Origin: Candidatus Omnitrophota bacterium
GTDB taxonomy: Bacteria > Omnitrophota > Gorgyraeia > Gorgyraeales > Gorgyraeaceae
Length of the DNA stretch: 64,000 nt
Direction of reading: 5' to 3'
Assembly: GCA_003485765.1 (NCBI GenBank)
Contig: DNHS01000051.1
Location: 2,314 to 66,313 of the forward strand
In this document: positions 19,431 to 28,404 of the stretch, piece after piece
Position numbering within the stretch: position 1 is the stretch's first letter
Layout of the letters: every line of letters begins with the position of its first letter
The notes under the pieces: model-generated
Told to the model about the DNA's origin: nothing
Database searches by the model: none
Seen by the model: the letters and a program-made list of their open reading frames with translations, nothing else
Position numbers and translations under genes: made by a program

Positions 19431-20309
19431 CTAGCTCGCCTTATTTTTATGCTCTTCTTTCTTCAATGGCAATATTCCCGCCATTTCGCCAATCACGTTC
19501 ACCAATTCCGTATTCGCTGGAATCACAATCTTCGCGTTATTGGCTAAAGATTTCTCCACTGCCTCAAGTTTACGCAATACCTGGGCATTGCCGATAAAAT
19601 ACTTTTCCGCTGCTTCGTTTAACAGGCGGATTGCCTCTGCCTCGCCCTCTGCTTCCAGAATTCTAGCCTGCCTGAAACCTTCTGCTTTTTTAATCTCCGC
19701 TCTTTTCTGGCCGTCGGCTGCGGTTTCCGTGGCAGTAGCAAAATCCACTGCTGCGATTTTTTCATTTTCCGCCTTAACCACCTTGTTCATTGTTTCCTGC
19801 ACATCCTTTGGCGGATCAATCTCTTTTAATTCTGTGCGCACAATTTCAATACCCCAGCTCGAAGTCTCCTCCATTAAAGTTTTATGCAGCTCCGCATTAA
19901 TCTTGCCCCGCTCGCTATTTGCAGATTTTAAAGTCAGAGTGCCTATAATATTCCTCAAGGTAGTCCTGGCCAGGTTTACAATCTGGTATTGATAATTAAA
20001 AACATTGTACTGGCAGCCTTTGACGCTTTCCTGATCTGCCTTCACTTTAAAATATATCTGGGCATCCACCTTGGCATTAAGATTATCGTTGGTGATAATC
20101 TCCTGAGGGTCAGCATCCACCATTTTTTCGGTAATGTTTATCTGGTACATCTTATCTATTCCTGGGATAATCCAGTTAAAGCCGGCATTAGCAAAAGTAC
20201 GGTATTTTCCTAATCTCTCAATTAACCCGCGATGAGTAGGCCTGACAATCCTTATCCCTGCAAAAAATATCACAATCACAGCCATACCAAGTAAATAAAA
20301 AATATTCAC
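19431..20309 (-). CDS. SPFH/band-7 (stomatin/prohibitin/HflKC-like) membrane protein. A GTG start is likely.
   Basis: An N-terminal TM helix is followed by the SPFH core (IERLGKYRTFANAGFNWIIPGIDKMYQINI...QIYFKV) and a C-terminal coiled coil. An AAGGAGG RBS sits upstream of the GTG. Confidence 0.85.
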   Translation of the reverse strand: MNIFYLLGMAVIVIFFAGIRIVRPTHRGLIERLGKYRTFANAGFNWIIPGIDKMYQINITEKMVDADPQEIITNDNLNAKVDAQIYFKVKADQESVKGCQYNVFNYQYQIVNLARTTLRNIIGTLTLKSANSERGKINAELHKTLMEETSSWGIEIVRTELKEIDPPKDVQETMNKVVKAENEKIAAVDFATATETAADGQKRAEIKKAEGFRQARILEAEGEAEAIRLLNEAAEKYFIGNAQVLRKLEAVEKSLANNAKIVIPANTELVNVIGEMAGILPLKKEEHKNKAS

Positions 20310-20424
20310 CTTGCTCCTCCTTTTTTTAAAGCATTATTAAAACAACCTTTAAGCAGACTAACTATATTATTATACTACCCCCTATTAACAAATCAAGCAG
20401 CAAGAAGCAGCGCTGGGAATCCGG

Positions 20425-21522
20425 TTATATTTTTTGCACTGATAGGCTGCTCGTTCTATTTTCGCCATGTTTTTGGCTCCACTTCTCATACACTTCTTTT
20501 TGTATACGCGCTTGACGACATAATTCTGACGACGTCGTCAAGAAAGAACCTGTTTCAAAATAAGTGTAGGAAGGGCAATAACTACAATAAGAAAGCGATG
20601 GACACCCCCTGCAGTGCTTTCTATCTCGCATACGTGATGCCCTTAAGCTCTTGAATAACTTATTATCACACCATATACGAATGAATGAGGCGCGCTTCAG
20701 GCTATTCCCATTGTTAAATCTCAATCGCACACACGGATTTAATTGGCCGTAAGGGGTTATGTTGCTTACCCTTCTTCCTGCGCCGCACAATGGTAGATTT
20801 GGGTCAATGTTCAAAAGTTTGTTCGAAGATCTCATAGGCTGGTGACGATATAGCCCATCTTCTATATAATGTTTCATCTGCAAATCACTCAGTGCATGAT
20901 GTAATGGTCCTGTACTCGCATCATCGCAAGGGAAAATACGATATAATCCCTTGGAATCAAGAAACTGCGCTTTAAGCGTATGCTTTACAAATTGCCGCAA
21001 CTTCCACAGTTCATGCACATTATATTGTAATACAGTGGTCTTAACCAGTACATTTACTCCCATCTCAATCAATTTTGCAATGGCATTTATAGTTTTAGCG
21101 AATGAACCTTGCATCCGGGTAACCTTCTCATGGGTATTCTTAAAGCCATAAAGGCTAATTTCAACAGCGCTTGGAACTATCTTTCTAATTTTTATAGCAG
21201 CTCTCTTATCTATTAAGGTACCGTTTGTAAATATTCGAATGTCAAAATCTAAGCTACGGGCGTGTTCAAGAATTTCAAAAATATCCTTTCGAAGAAATGG
21301 TTCTCCTCCGGTGAATATCAAATGTAAGCATCCCGCATTCTTGAGTTGCTTCAAATATGTTACAATTTCTCCTGTGGTTAGCTCAGCTGTTTTTTTTCGC
21401 ACAATATAACAATGAATACAATGCATATTACATTGATAGGTAAGCTCAAAATGGCAAGAAATTGGGAATTGTCTGTTATGGACAGCTGCTATGAAATCTT
21501 TAGCAGTTTTTATGGGGGCCAT
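20425..21522 (-). CDS. Radical SAM enzyme with a C-terminal SPASM domain (peptide-modifying maturase type).
   Basis: CNMHCIHCY is the CxxxCxxC radical-SAM cluster motif. The C-terminal cysteine-rich SPASM region is CGAGRRV...CVRL...CRGCPSLSYCSYCPSY. Confidence 0.85.
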   Translation of the reverse strand: MAPIKTAKDFIAAVHNRQFPISCHFELTYQCNMHCIHCYIVRKKTAELTTGEIVTYLKQLKNAGCLHLIFTGGEPFLRKDIFEILEHARSLDFDIRIFTNGTLIDKRAAIKIRKIVPSAVEISLYGFKNTHEKVTRMQGSFAKTINAIAKLIEMGVNVLVKTTVLQYNVHELWKLRQFVKHTLKAQFLDSKGLYRIFPCDDASTGPLHHALSDLQMKHYIEDGLYRHQPMRSSNKLLNIDPNLPLCGAGRRVSNITPYGQLNPCVRLRFNNGNSLKRASFIRIWCDNKLFKSLRASRMRDRKHCRGCPSLSYCSYCPSYTYFETGSFLTTSSELCRQARIQKEVYEKWSQKHGENRTSSLSVQKI

Positions 21523-21658
21523 TAAAAGTATGTACTTATGATAGAATAGAAACGGCTAACAACATGACCCAGGGGACATCAAGGCTCCACTGGTCCCGGA
21601 ACACCCGCTATACACACGCCATTCATGTTCTTTAATTTCTATGTGTTTTATAAGCGGC

Positions 21659-21994
21659 TTAATCCACTGTTTTTTCTTTTTTTCCATTTTCATGGATTAC
21701 CTCTTCCAACTCAATGAGATCTTTCTTTGTCAACCAGCCTAAAAAACTCGTTATGTCCGATTCGGCTTCTTTAAAATTTACCTCATAGTCATCAATAATT
21801 CTTTTAATTATTTCTGCGACCGTGCTCTTGCCATCTATTGCCTCCCAAATCGCTGTGCCAGTTTGATTGCACACTTCAAGGCTTTCGCGATCTATCGTTT
21901 GTCTTTCTGCAGGTATTAAAACTGCTTCCCCTTCAATAACCCGCCATGCGACATTTTTCTTTTTCTTAGGAATTGTCCTGAGCCACTCCATCAA
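21659..21994 (-). CDS. PqqD-family peptide chaperone (RiPP recognition element).
   Basis: WRVIEGEAVLIPAERQTIDRESLEVCNQTGTAIWEAIDGKSTVAEIIKRIIDDYEV...DITSFLGWLTKKDLIE matches the canonical PqqD/RRE pattern. Confidence 0.75.
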   Translation of the reverse strand: MMEWLRTIPKKKKNVAWRVIEGEAVLIPAERQTIDRESLEVCNQTGTAIWEAIDGKSTVAEIIKRIIDDYEVNFKEAESDITSFLGWLTKKDLIELEEVIHENGKKEKTVD

Positions 21995-22820
21995 CTATTC
22001 TCCAAAATGAATCGTCAGGTTTAAAATCCAGCCAATAACACTTTATATTATTGCTTAGATCCTGACATGTGTCAAGCAGAACACTAATTATCTCTTGGTT
22101 AACCGGTATACAATGATTATGTCTTAATAATGCTACCATCGCTTCAACCTTGGTCATAGGTTCAATCTTGTTTGATGTATTTTTGCGAAGGAAAAAAAAT
22201 TCTTTAATACAGTGTGAACCATTCGAATAGTGGCGTACATTTCCACTCCAGGGAGTGCCATATATTTTGTATAATCTTTTCTCTTTACGTATCACAATGG
22301 TCTCATCATTTAGAATTTTTAGCCCACGTTTAAGCGCCAATTTGGCTATTGTAGATTTTCCTCCTCCGCTGGCAGCAAGAAATAAATATGCCTTTTTCAT
22401 ACCCACAACTCCACAACTATGCAACATCAATGACTGTGTTTTCGGTAATAGTAAACTGTACCAAAATTCTGGGAAAAAGTTTTCTACAATCCTTCCGGAG
22501 GGCTCTTTGGTATATAATAGTATTTTTTTCATAGAGGTATCTAAATACCCTGCATAAAAATATTTCCCCTTATCAGGAAAAATCAAACAAAATCTTTCAT
22601 CTATTTTACCAAACTTCCAGTTACGAGCTTGAAAAATTATAGAATCCAGAGTAGGGCGCTTTAAGCCAGGCTCATATTTCACTTCTATATGTATATCCGG
22701 ACTTCCGCTAGCTGTGTAATGCCTATAGTATTGTTCGAGACGCCTCCTAATCGTAGGGTGGGATATTTGAAAGGCAAAAGAGACTCCGCCTATACTATAC
22801 ACTAGTTTATGATGATGCAT
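21966..22820 (-). CDS. HPr kinase-related (HprK-like) P-loop protein, of the type associated with PqqD/radical-SAM cassettes.
   Basis: The glycine-rich P-loop LAASGGGKSTIAKLALKRG and an HprK C-terminal-like fold are present. It overlaps the PqqD-like gene. Confidence 0.65.
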   Translation of the reverse strand: MHHHKLVYSIGGVSFAFQISHPTIRRRLEQYYRHYTASGSPDIHIEVKYEPGLKRPTLDSIIFQARNWKFGKIDERFCLIFPDKGKYFYAGYLDTSMKKILLYTKEPSGRIVENFFPEFWYSLLLPKTQSLMLHSCGVVGMKKAYLFLAASGGGKSTIAKLALKRGLKILNDETIVIRKEKRLYKIYGTPWSGNVRHYSNGSHCIKEFFFLRKNTSNKIEPMTKVEAMVALLRHNHCIPVNQEIISVLLDTCQDLSNNIKCYWLDFKPDDSFWRIVDGVAQDNS

Positions 22821-22865
22821 ATAGATAGGTTTTATTAAATACTGGCACAGTTTAATGGGGTCAGG

Positions 22866-23951
22866 TCAAGGCGTATTTAAACAAACCTCTGCCTCTGTAA
22901 CAAGTTCACAGATCAAGTCTTTGACTGAGATTATCTTTTTAATCCGGTAGGCATTACTGCCACACATGGCAAATCCCTTGTCCAACTCTCCTCGGTAAGC
23001 ATTCAACAGCGCTTTGGCAATACAATAATTAACTTTTTTGGCGTCACAAGTATACAAACATTTATATTCGCAACCAAAATCCATACGTTCCCCTTTAGAA
23101 ATCCTCTGCACAAATTCATTACGAATAACTCTTCCCGGCATCCCCACAGGACTCTGGATAACTACAATATCCTCTTTCCTGGCTGAGATATATGCCTCTT
23201 TATATTTCAGAGATACATCACACTCGTGCGTACATACAAAACGTGTAGCTATCTGTACCCCGCTTGCGCCTAAACGCATAACCCTGGCAATATCTTTACC
23301 ATCAAAGATTCCTCCAGCGGCAATAACAGGAATACGCGATTTATCGTTCTCAAAAGCACGCGTAACCGCCAATACCTCGGTCAGGATGCTATCCAGAGAA
23401 AAATGCTCTTCATCAGCAAGCTCGGCCATACTATAGCCCAAATGTCCGCCTGCAAGCGGCCCTTCGACAACAATAGCATCAGGCAGGCGCTTATACCTCC
23501 TGGCCCAAGTACTGCAAATAATCTGCGCTGCGCGGCCGGAAGAAACAATCGGAACAAGTTTAGTCTGATCATTTTTAATCAAAGATGGCAAACGTAACGG
23601 TAGGCCTGCCCCGGAAATAATCACATCCACAGATTCAGCTTGAGCCGCCTCCACTAACTCATCGTAGTTAGTAAGGACACACATAATATTTACGCCGAAC
23701 GGATTTTTCGTCATGCTCCTGGTATCTCGAATGATATTTGTTAGTTCCTCGCGCGAACGCATCTTATAATCACGTTTCTCATTACCGCATTCCTCCCCCA
23801 GCCCCACCGCGGCAATAATCCCAAGCGCCCCTTCGTTGGATACTGCCGAAGCTAATGAAGACGAAGACACACGCGCGCCCATTCCACCTTGAATGATCGG
23901 CAGCTCTATTCTTAAATTACCTATATCTAGATTCTTAAACTCTATATTCAT
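22866..23951 (-). CDS. Nitronate monooxygenase / FabK-like FMN-dependent oxidoreductase (NPD family).
   Basis: LPIIQGGMGARVSS...GALGIIAA is the typical NMO/FabK N-terminus. The FMN-binding TIM-barrel motifs are present. Confidence 0.85.
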   Translation of the reverse strand: MNIEFKNLDIGNLRIELPIIQGGMGARVSSSSLASAVSNEGALGIIAAVGLGEECGNEKRDYKMRSREELTNIIRDTRSMTKNPFGVNIMCVLTNYDELVEAAQAESVDVIISGAGLPLRLPSLIKNDQTKLVPIVSSGRAAQIICSTWARRYKRLPDAIVVEGPLAGGHLGYSMAELADEEHFSLDSILTEVLAVTRAFENDKSRIPVIAAGGIFDGKDIARVMRLGASGVQIATRFVCTHECDVSLKYKEAYISARKEDIVVIQSPVGMPGRVIRNEFVQRISKGERMDFGCEYKCLYTCDAKKVNYCIAKALLNAYRGELDKGFAMCGSNAYRIKKIISVKDLICELVTEAEVCLNTP

Positions 23952-24135
23952 AAATTCTTGTTGTTAAAACATGTTCCCTATAAGCTGCCTGCCGTTTCTC
24001 TAAGGAGTCCCCCAGTCCTGTATATATAGTATTTTTTTTGATTATATCACTTTTATAACTATTTGCATAATAATTATAACTTTTTTCAAAAATTTTATAC
24101 TATTGCTTTTGGTTTAAGGGGGTCTTTTAAGGGGG

Positions 24136-24861
24136 TCAGACACCGGTTAACGCTTTTATCTCCTCCGGCTTAAGATAGCGAAACTGCCCAGGATTTATTC
24201 CTTCTAGCTTTAAACAGCCTAAGGCAACACGCTTAAGCTGGATGACTTCATGGCCGAGGGATTTGAATAACCTGCGAATTTCCCTATTTTTCCCCTCGGT
24301 TAATTCTACGATCAAGTGTGATTCCTTATTGCTGGCCTTGCGCAGCATTATTCTAGCAGGCTTTAAAAACTCCCCTTCATCCCAAATCCCCTTAGCTAAG
24401 TTTAGTAGTTTTTCTTGCGTGAGATTTCCCTTAACAACTACCACATAAACACGCATAACAGCGTTTGCCGGGTCTGTCAAGTAAGCGGATAGCCTGGTAT
24501 CGTTAGTGAGCAGTAATAACCCGGTTGTAGCCATATCCAAGCGGCCAACGGCATGAAGATACCTGAGTTCTCTAGGTAATAGATCAAAAACCGTAGCTCT
24601 GCCGCGTTCATCGCATCTGGTGGTAACAACAGATTTAGGTTTATACAGCATGATCGTCTGGGGGCTATTCTTCTTGAGAGGCTGGCCGTCTAAAACAAAC
24701 TTATCTTTCTCAGGTACGACCAAATAAAGCGGATCCTTGATAATCTTCCCATTAACCTTAAGTTTCCCATCTAATATCCATCCTCTAGTCTGGGTACGGG
24801 AAGCCAAACCCATTTTCGATAAAGCCCTCTCTAATGCAACTTTTCCAAGCTTCATAGTCAT
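24136..24861 (-). CDS. Pseudouridine synthase (RsuA/RluB family) with an S4 RNA-binding domain.
   Basis: The S4 region is RLDKALSKMGLASRTQTRGWILDGKLKVNG. The catalytic motif is HAVGRLDMATTGLLLLTND. Confidence 0.9.
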   Translation of the reverse strand: MTMKLGKVALERALSKMGLASRTQTRGWILDGKLKVNGKIIKDPLYLVVPEKDKFVLDGQPLKKNSPQTIMLYKPKSVVTTRCDERGRATVFDLLPRELRYLHAVGRLDMATTGLLLLTNDTRLSAYLTDPANAVMRVYVVVVKGNLTQEKLLNLAKGIWDEGEFLKPARIMLRKASNKESHLIVELTEGKNREIRRLFKSLGHEVIQLKRVALGCLKLEGINPGQFRYLKPEEIKALTGV

Positions 24862-25004
24862 GGTAACTATTTTACATCAAACAAAAACTCTCTGCAACGA
24901 ATACTACCGCAACCACATTATGCTGCGGATGGCGAATTCTTCGCCTAAATGCCAATTAAATGCCCGCGATTAAATAATAGCCAATATAGAGATAAAGAGA
25001 TGGT

Positions 25005-25358
25005 TCAATCGCGGGATTTGCTTGATTGCTTAAGGAGCGATTTATTGTGGGATATGAAGGCTAATTTTTTCTTTTTAGTCCATTTTTTAATCTGCGCTTC
25101 GCGCGACTGGGCATTGGATCTATTTAGGTGGATTTCTTTATAGATAAGTCTGACTGGGTGGCGGATTCGGGTGTAGCTGCCACCTTTACTGGAGTTATGT
25201 TCTTTTATTCGACGACAAATGTCGGTAGTGCTGCCTGTGTATAAACTGCCATCTTTACAGCGGAGTATGTAGACATGCCACATAATTTCTTTTGAGTAGA
25301 ACCATGGCGGTTCGACGCGGCCGCCTTTGGCGGCTTTGCTCACCGTCACCTTGAGCAA
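25005..25358 (-). CDS. GIY-YIG nuclease family protein (UPF0213/YhbQ-like). The true start is probably the internal Met at about 25283.
   Basis: WHVYILRCKDGSLYTGSTTDICRRIKEHN carries the GIY...YTG motif. The first 25 codons of the ORF-track model overlap hairpins and look like 5' UTR. Confidence 0.75.
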   Translation of the reverse strand: MLKVTVSKAAKGGRVEPPWFYSKEIMWHVYILRCKDGSLYTGSTTDICRRIKEHNSSKGGSYTRIRHPVRLIYKEIHLNRSNAQSREAQIKKWTKKKKLAFISHNKSLLKQSSKSRD

Positions 25359-25544
25359 GCGAAAGGTGGCTGCCAGAGATAGATTCGTATAACTATATCT
25401 TTACGGCATTGTAACTTGGATTCTAACTTTTTCTATTATCGCTTCTTATTGCAATATCTATGGTTATATTAATAGCATAAAACTATAATGGTCTCTTTGG
25501 CTGTTTTTCATTGTTCAACTGCGAACTTTTATTTAATAGACTGC

Positions 25545-25814
25545 TTAATGCGTCTGGGCAATCCTATGTATAACCTCGGAGACAAAAGTCTGGTATTTAA
25601 TCCCGAGCTTCTGGGCCCTTTGTTTAATAGTAGCCAGGTCGTGGCTATTTACGCGAACATTCAAAACAGCATCTTTTCTTCTTGCAGCGATACTTTCAGC
25701 GATAGACGCAAAGTTACTCTTGCTGACATTGATATATTCACCTTTTAAAAGGCTATCCTCAATGGTTTTTTCTTGTCTAGTCAGATTAATCTTTTTCTTC
25801 AACATAAGGAACAA
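25545..25814 (-). CDS. BrnA-like antitoxin (CopG/RHH-like, DUF4415 type).
   Basis: The C-terminus VLNVRVNSHDLATIKQRAQKLGIKYQTFVSEVIHRIA matches the BrnA pattern. The gene overlaps the upstream BrnT-like gene. Confidence 0.55.
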   Translation of the reverse strand: MFLMLKKKINLTRQEKTIEDSLLKGEYINVSKSNFASIAESIAARRKDAVLNVRVNSHDLATIKQRAQKLGIKYQTFVSEVIHRIAQTH

Positions 25815-26001
25815 TCCAAATATAGCCCTTAAGCTTAAAGAGCATAATGTTTTGATCCACTCTTTTGGGATGGCTTTTAACAGCGATTAATTGTGAAGAA
25901 ATAATCTCTTCAAAAGAAACACCTCTTGTTCTTTTAAGCCTTTCGCTCTTTAACTGGCTCCAGCGTATATCTTTCATTCGGCCTCTAGTTTGTATATACA
26001 A
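25786..26001 (-). CDS. BrnT-like toxin (DUF497), apparently C-terminally truncated or frameshifted.
   Basis: MKDIRWSQLKSERLKRTRGVSFEEI resembles the BrnT N-terminus. The expected C-terminal residues, similar to INLTRQEKTIE, appear in the overlapping frame of the antitoxin ORF. Confidence 0.5.
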   Translation of the reverse strand: MYIQTRGRMKDIRWSQLKSERLKRTRGVSFEEIISSQLIAVKSHPKRVDQNIMLFKLKGYIWIVPYVEEKD

Positions 26002-26174
26002 TTGTATGTCAAATACCTTAGGATGTCAAGCAAAATCTGCTCTTCTGGCAGAAACTTTAGCAGATTTTGCGCAGACCCTGAGCAAGGCCGAAGGCCGCGT
26101 CGAAGGGTCAAGTCGAAGGGTCAAATTGAGCACAAATATGTAACTCTCTTATTTACAATTACTTACGATAAATC

Positions 26175-26248
26175 TGGCTGGAGGAGATGGAATCGAACCA
26201 TCATACCGGGTTCCAGAGACCCGTGTCCTACCGTTAGACGATCCTCCA
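26175..26248 (-). tRNA. tRNA-Gln (anticodon CUG), U1-A72, discriminator G, encoded CCA.
   Basis: The acceptor is UGGAGGA/UCCUCCA, the D-stem GUCU/GGAC, the anticodon stem CGGGU/ACCCG with loop CUCUGGA, and the T-arm GAUGG-UUCGAUU-CCAUC. Confidence 0.75.
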
Positions 26249-26254
26249 AAAAAT

Positions 26255-26611
26255 CTAAATCTTTCTTCTTTCCTTTATTTCATTCTCAATATACATCTTA
26301 AAACGTTTCTGATCGATCTGGCTGATGCCTTTAAAAATAACTCCTACTTCAAAAGTTTTGGAATTCTCTTCGCCTATTTTTTTTATCCAAGCTATTTCGC
26401 CTTTAGCGAAAATGGGCATTGAATCAAAAGGCACTTCAAGCTGCACATCTAATTTAGTGCCTTTCATAAGTCGTTCGTAAACTATAAACCGCGCCCCGCC
26501 TTCGCTTATATCTCTGCCTACAATCTGATCCTGAGCGCAAGGCTCCTCTATGGTTTTATATTTTATTATAACAGGCCATTCAATCCTTACAAATTTTCTA
26601 TTCTCTTCCAT
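26255..26611 (-). CDS. PilZ-domain protein (c-di-GMP receptor).
   Basis: The RxxxR motif (RKFVR) and the DxSxGG motif (DISEGGARF) are both present. Confidence 0.7.
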   Translation of the reverse strand: MEENRKFVRIEWPVIIKYKTIEEPCAQDQIVGRDISEGGARFIVYERLMKGTKLDVQLEVPFDSMPIFAKGEIAWIKKIGEENSKTFEVGVIFKGISQIDQKRFKMYIENEIKERRKI

Positions 26612-27878
26612 AACCCGCCCCTACAACTCTTTCCAATCTTTTTATAACCTTATCTTTGCCTAAAAGAGCTAAGACTTCGAATACGCCTGCTGAAACAGCT
26701 TTACCTGTCACTGCAACCCTTAATGGATGTATTAGATCAGCGCTTTCTATCTTCAGCTCTTCTATCAGTGCCCTGGATTCTTTTTCTATATTTTCCTGCG
26801 TAAAAGGGCCTACTTTTTCAAGCCGCTCTCTTGTTATGCTTAGTATACTTGAAACTTTGTCTTTTTTCAAAAATTTTTCTACTGCCTCTTCATTGTACTG
26901 CACATCGTCTGAGGTAAATATGCCAAATTCTTCTTTAAATTCAACTAGGGTTTTAACCCTGGGATGATAAAGCTCTGCGAATTTTCTGAACCACGCCTCG
27001 TCGCATTCAGGCCTGATAAAATCCATCCCTATCTTTACAAATTCATCCAGAGTAAGCTTTCTTATATGTTCCCCGTTAATCCATCTTAATTTATCCTGGT
27101 TGAATTCAGCGCCTGTTTTATTTATACGTTTCAGGCTGAATTTTTTTATAATCTCCTCCGCAGTCATGAATTCCTTGTTGTCTCCGGGCGACCACCCCAG
27201 TAGCGAAAGATAATTAACCAGCGCCTGAGGCAGATAGCCCATCTGGCGGTAATCAGTTATTGAAACTGCGCCAAAACGTTTAGATAAAGGCGCTTTGTCA
27301 GGCCCGAGTATCAAAGGTACATGCGCAAATTTCGGAGGCTTTACCCCAAGCGCATCATAAACCGCTGCTTGTTTATTGGTATTTGAAATATGGTCATCGC
27401 CTCTTATTACATGCGTTATCTGCATCTCTATATCATCCACAACACACGCAAAATTATAGGCAGGGCTTCCATCTGATTTCATCAGCACCAGGTCGTCTAT
27501 CAGGGTATTGTCCACCTCTATCTCGCCGTGCACAAGATCGTATATTTTTATCTTTTCATCCAGTATCTTAAAAATAATTGCTTCTCCGTCTTTATAGGCC
27601 AGCTCTTTTTCAAGCAGCCTCTGAGCATAAGATCTGTAAATATCAAATCTATTTGTCTGAAAATAAGGCCCTTCGTCCCAATTTAAACCAAGCCATTTTA
27701 AATCTGCGATAATCTCTTCCAGGTAAACATCGCTTGAACGCTTCTGATCAGTATCTTCTATTCTCAATATAAATACTCCTGCCTGAGACCTTGCGTATAG
27801 CCAATTAAATAATGCTGTTCTTACGCTTCCTATATGTAGATAACCTGTAGGGCTTGGCGCGAACCTAACGCGAACCAT
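26598..27878 (-). CDS. gltX: Glutamate-tRNA ligase.
   Basis: MVRVRFAPSPTGYLHIGSVRTALFNWLYAR carries the HIGH motif. The KMSKS-type motif is LSKRFG. Confidence 0.9.
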   Translation of the reverse strand: MVRVRFAPSPTGYLHIGSVRTALFNWLYARSQAGVFILRIEDTDQKRSSDVYLEEIIADLKWLGLNWDEGPYFQTNRFDIYRSYAQRLLEKELAYKDGEAIIFKILDEKIKIYDLVHGEIEVDNTLIDDLVLMKSDGSPAYNFACVVDDIEMQITHVIRGDDHISNTNKQAAVYDALGVKPPKFAHVPLILGPDKAPLSKRFGAVSITDYRQMGYLPQALVNYLSLLGWSPGDNKEFMTAEEIIKKFSLKRINKTGAEFNQDKLRWINGEHIRKLTLDEFVKIGMDFIRPECDEAWFRKFAELYHPRVKTLVEFKEEFGIFTSDDVQYNEEAVEKFLKKDKVSSILSITRERLEKVGPFTQENIEKESRALIEELKIESADLIHPLRVAVTGKAVSAGVFEVLALLGKDKVIKRLERVVGAGYGRE

Positions 27879-28404
27879 ATTCGTACCCCTTTCTTATAGC
27901 CTTTTCATTAATAGGTATCATGTTATGATAAGAAGCTGGAAATATGTCTTTGAGCGCGTCTATCAATGTTATTAAAGATGCTATTTTTTTTCTTGCCAGA
28001 AGCGCTCCCAATATAACCATATTTGCTACCTTGAGATTCCCCAGTTCTGAAGCCATGCTAGTTGCAGGAATATTCAGAATATCAATGTCTTTTCTTTCAG
28101 CGTCTATATTTATAAGCGATTTATTAACTATCAGAAGGCCATTTTCCTTCACCCTGGTTTCGAATTTTTGAAGAGAAGGCCTGTTCATCACAATGCATAT
28201 GCCCGGCTCTTTTACAATAGGTGTCGCGATAATTTCATCTGAAATAATCACCATGGAATGCGCAGTCCCTCCCCTGACTTCTGCGCCATAAGAAGGCATC
28301 CATGTAACATGTTTCCCATCGCTCATGGCTGCATAAGATATGGCCTTGCCCATCAACATTATTCCCTGGCCGCCAAAACCTGCGAAGATTATTTCTTCTT
28401 TCAC
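27865..28404 (-). CDS. 2-oxoacid:ferredoxin oxidoreductase, gamma subunit.
   Basis: FAGFGGQGIMLMGKAISYAAM is the POR/KOR gamma-subunit signature. It is the last gene of the four-gene operon. Confidence 0.85.
   Translation of the reverse strand: MKEEIIFAGFGGQGIMLMGKAISYAAMSDGKHVTWMPSYGAEVRGGTAHSMVIISDEIIATPIVKEPGICIVMNRPSLQKFETRVKENGLLIVNKSLINIDAERKDIDILNIPATSMASELGNLKVANMVILGALLARKKIASLITLIDALKDIFPASYHNMIPINEKAIRKGYEYGSR

Noticed and set aside
20386-20465. A 24-aa ORF (MAKIERAAYQCKKYNRIPSAASCC) sits on the minus strand at the rSAM 3' end.
   Set aside because: It lies inside the rSAM coding region in another frame and downstream of the maturase, and it has no RBS. It is an unlikely precursor.
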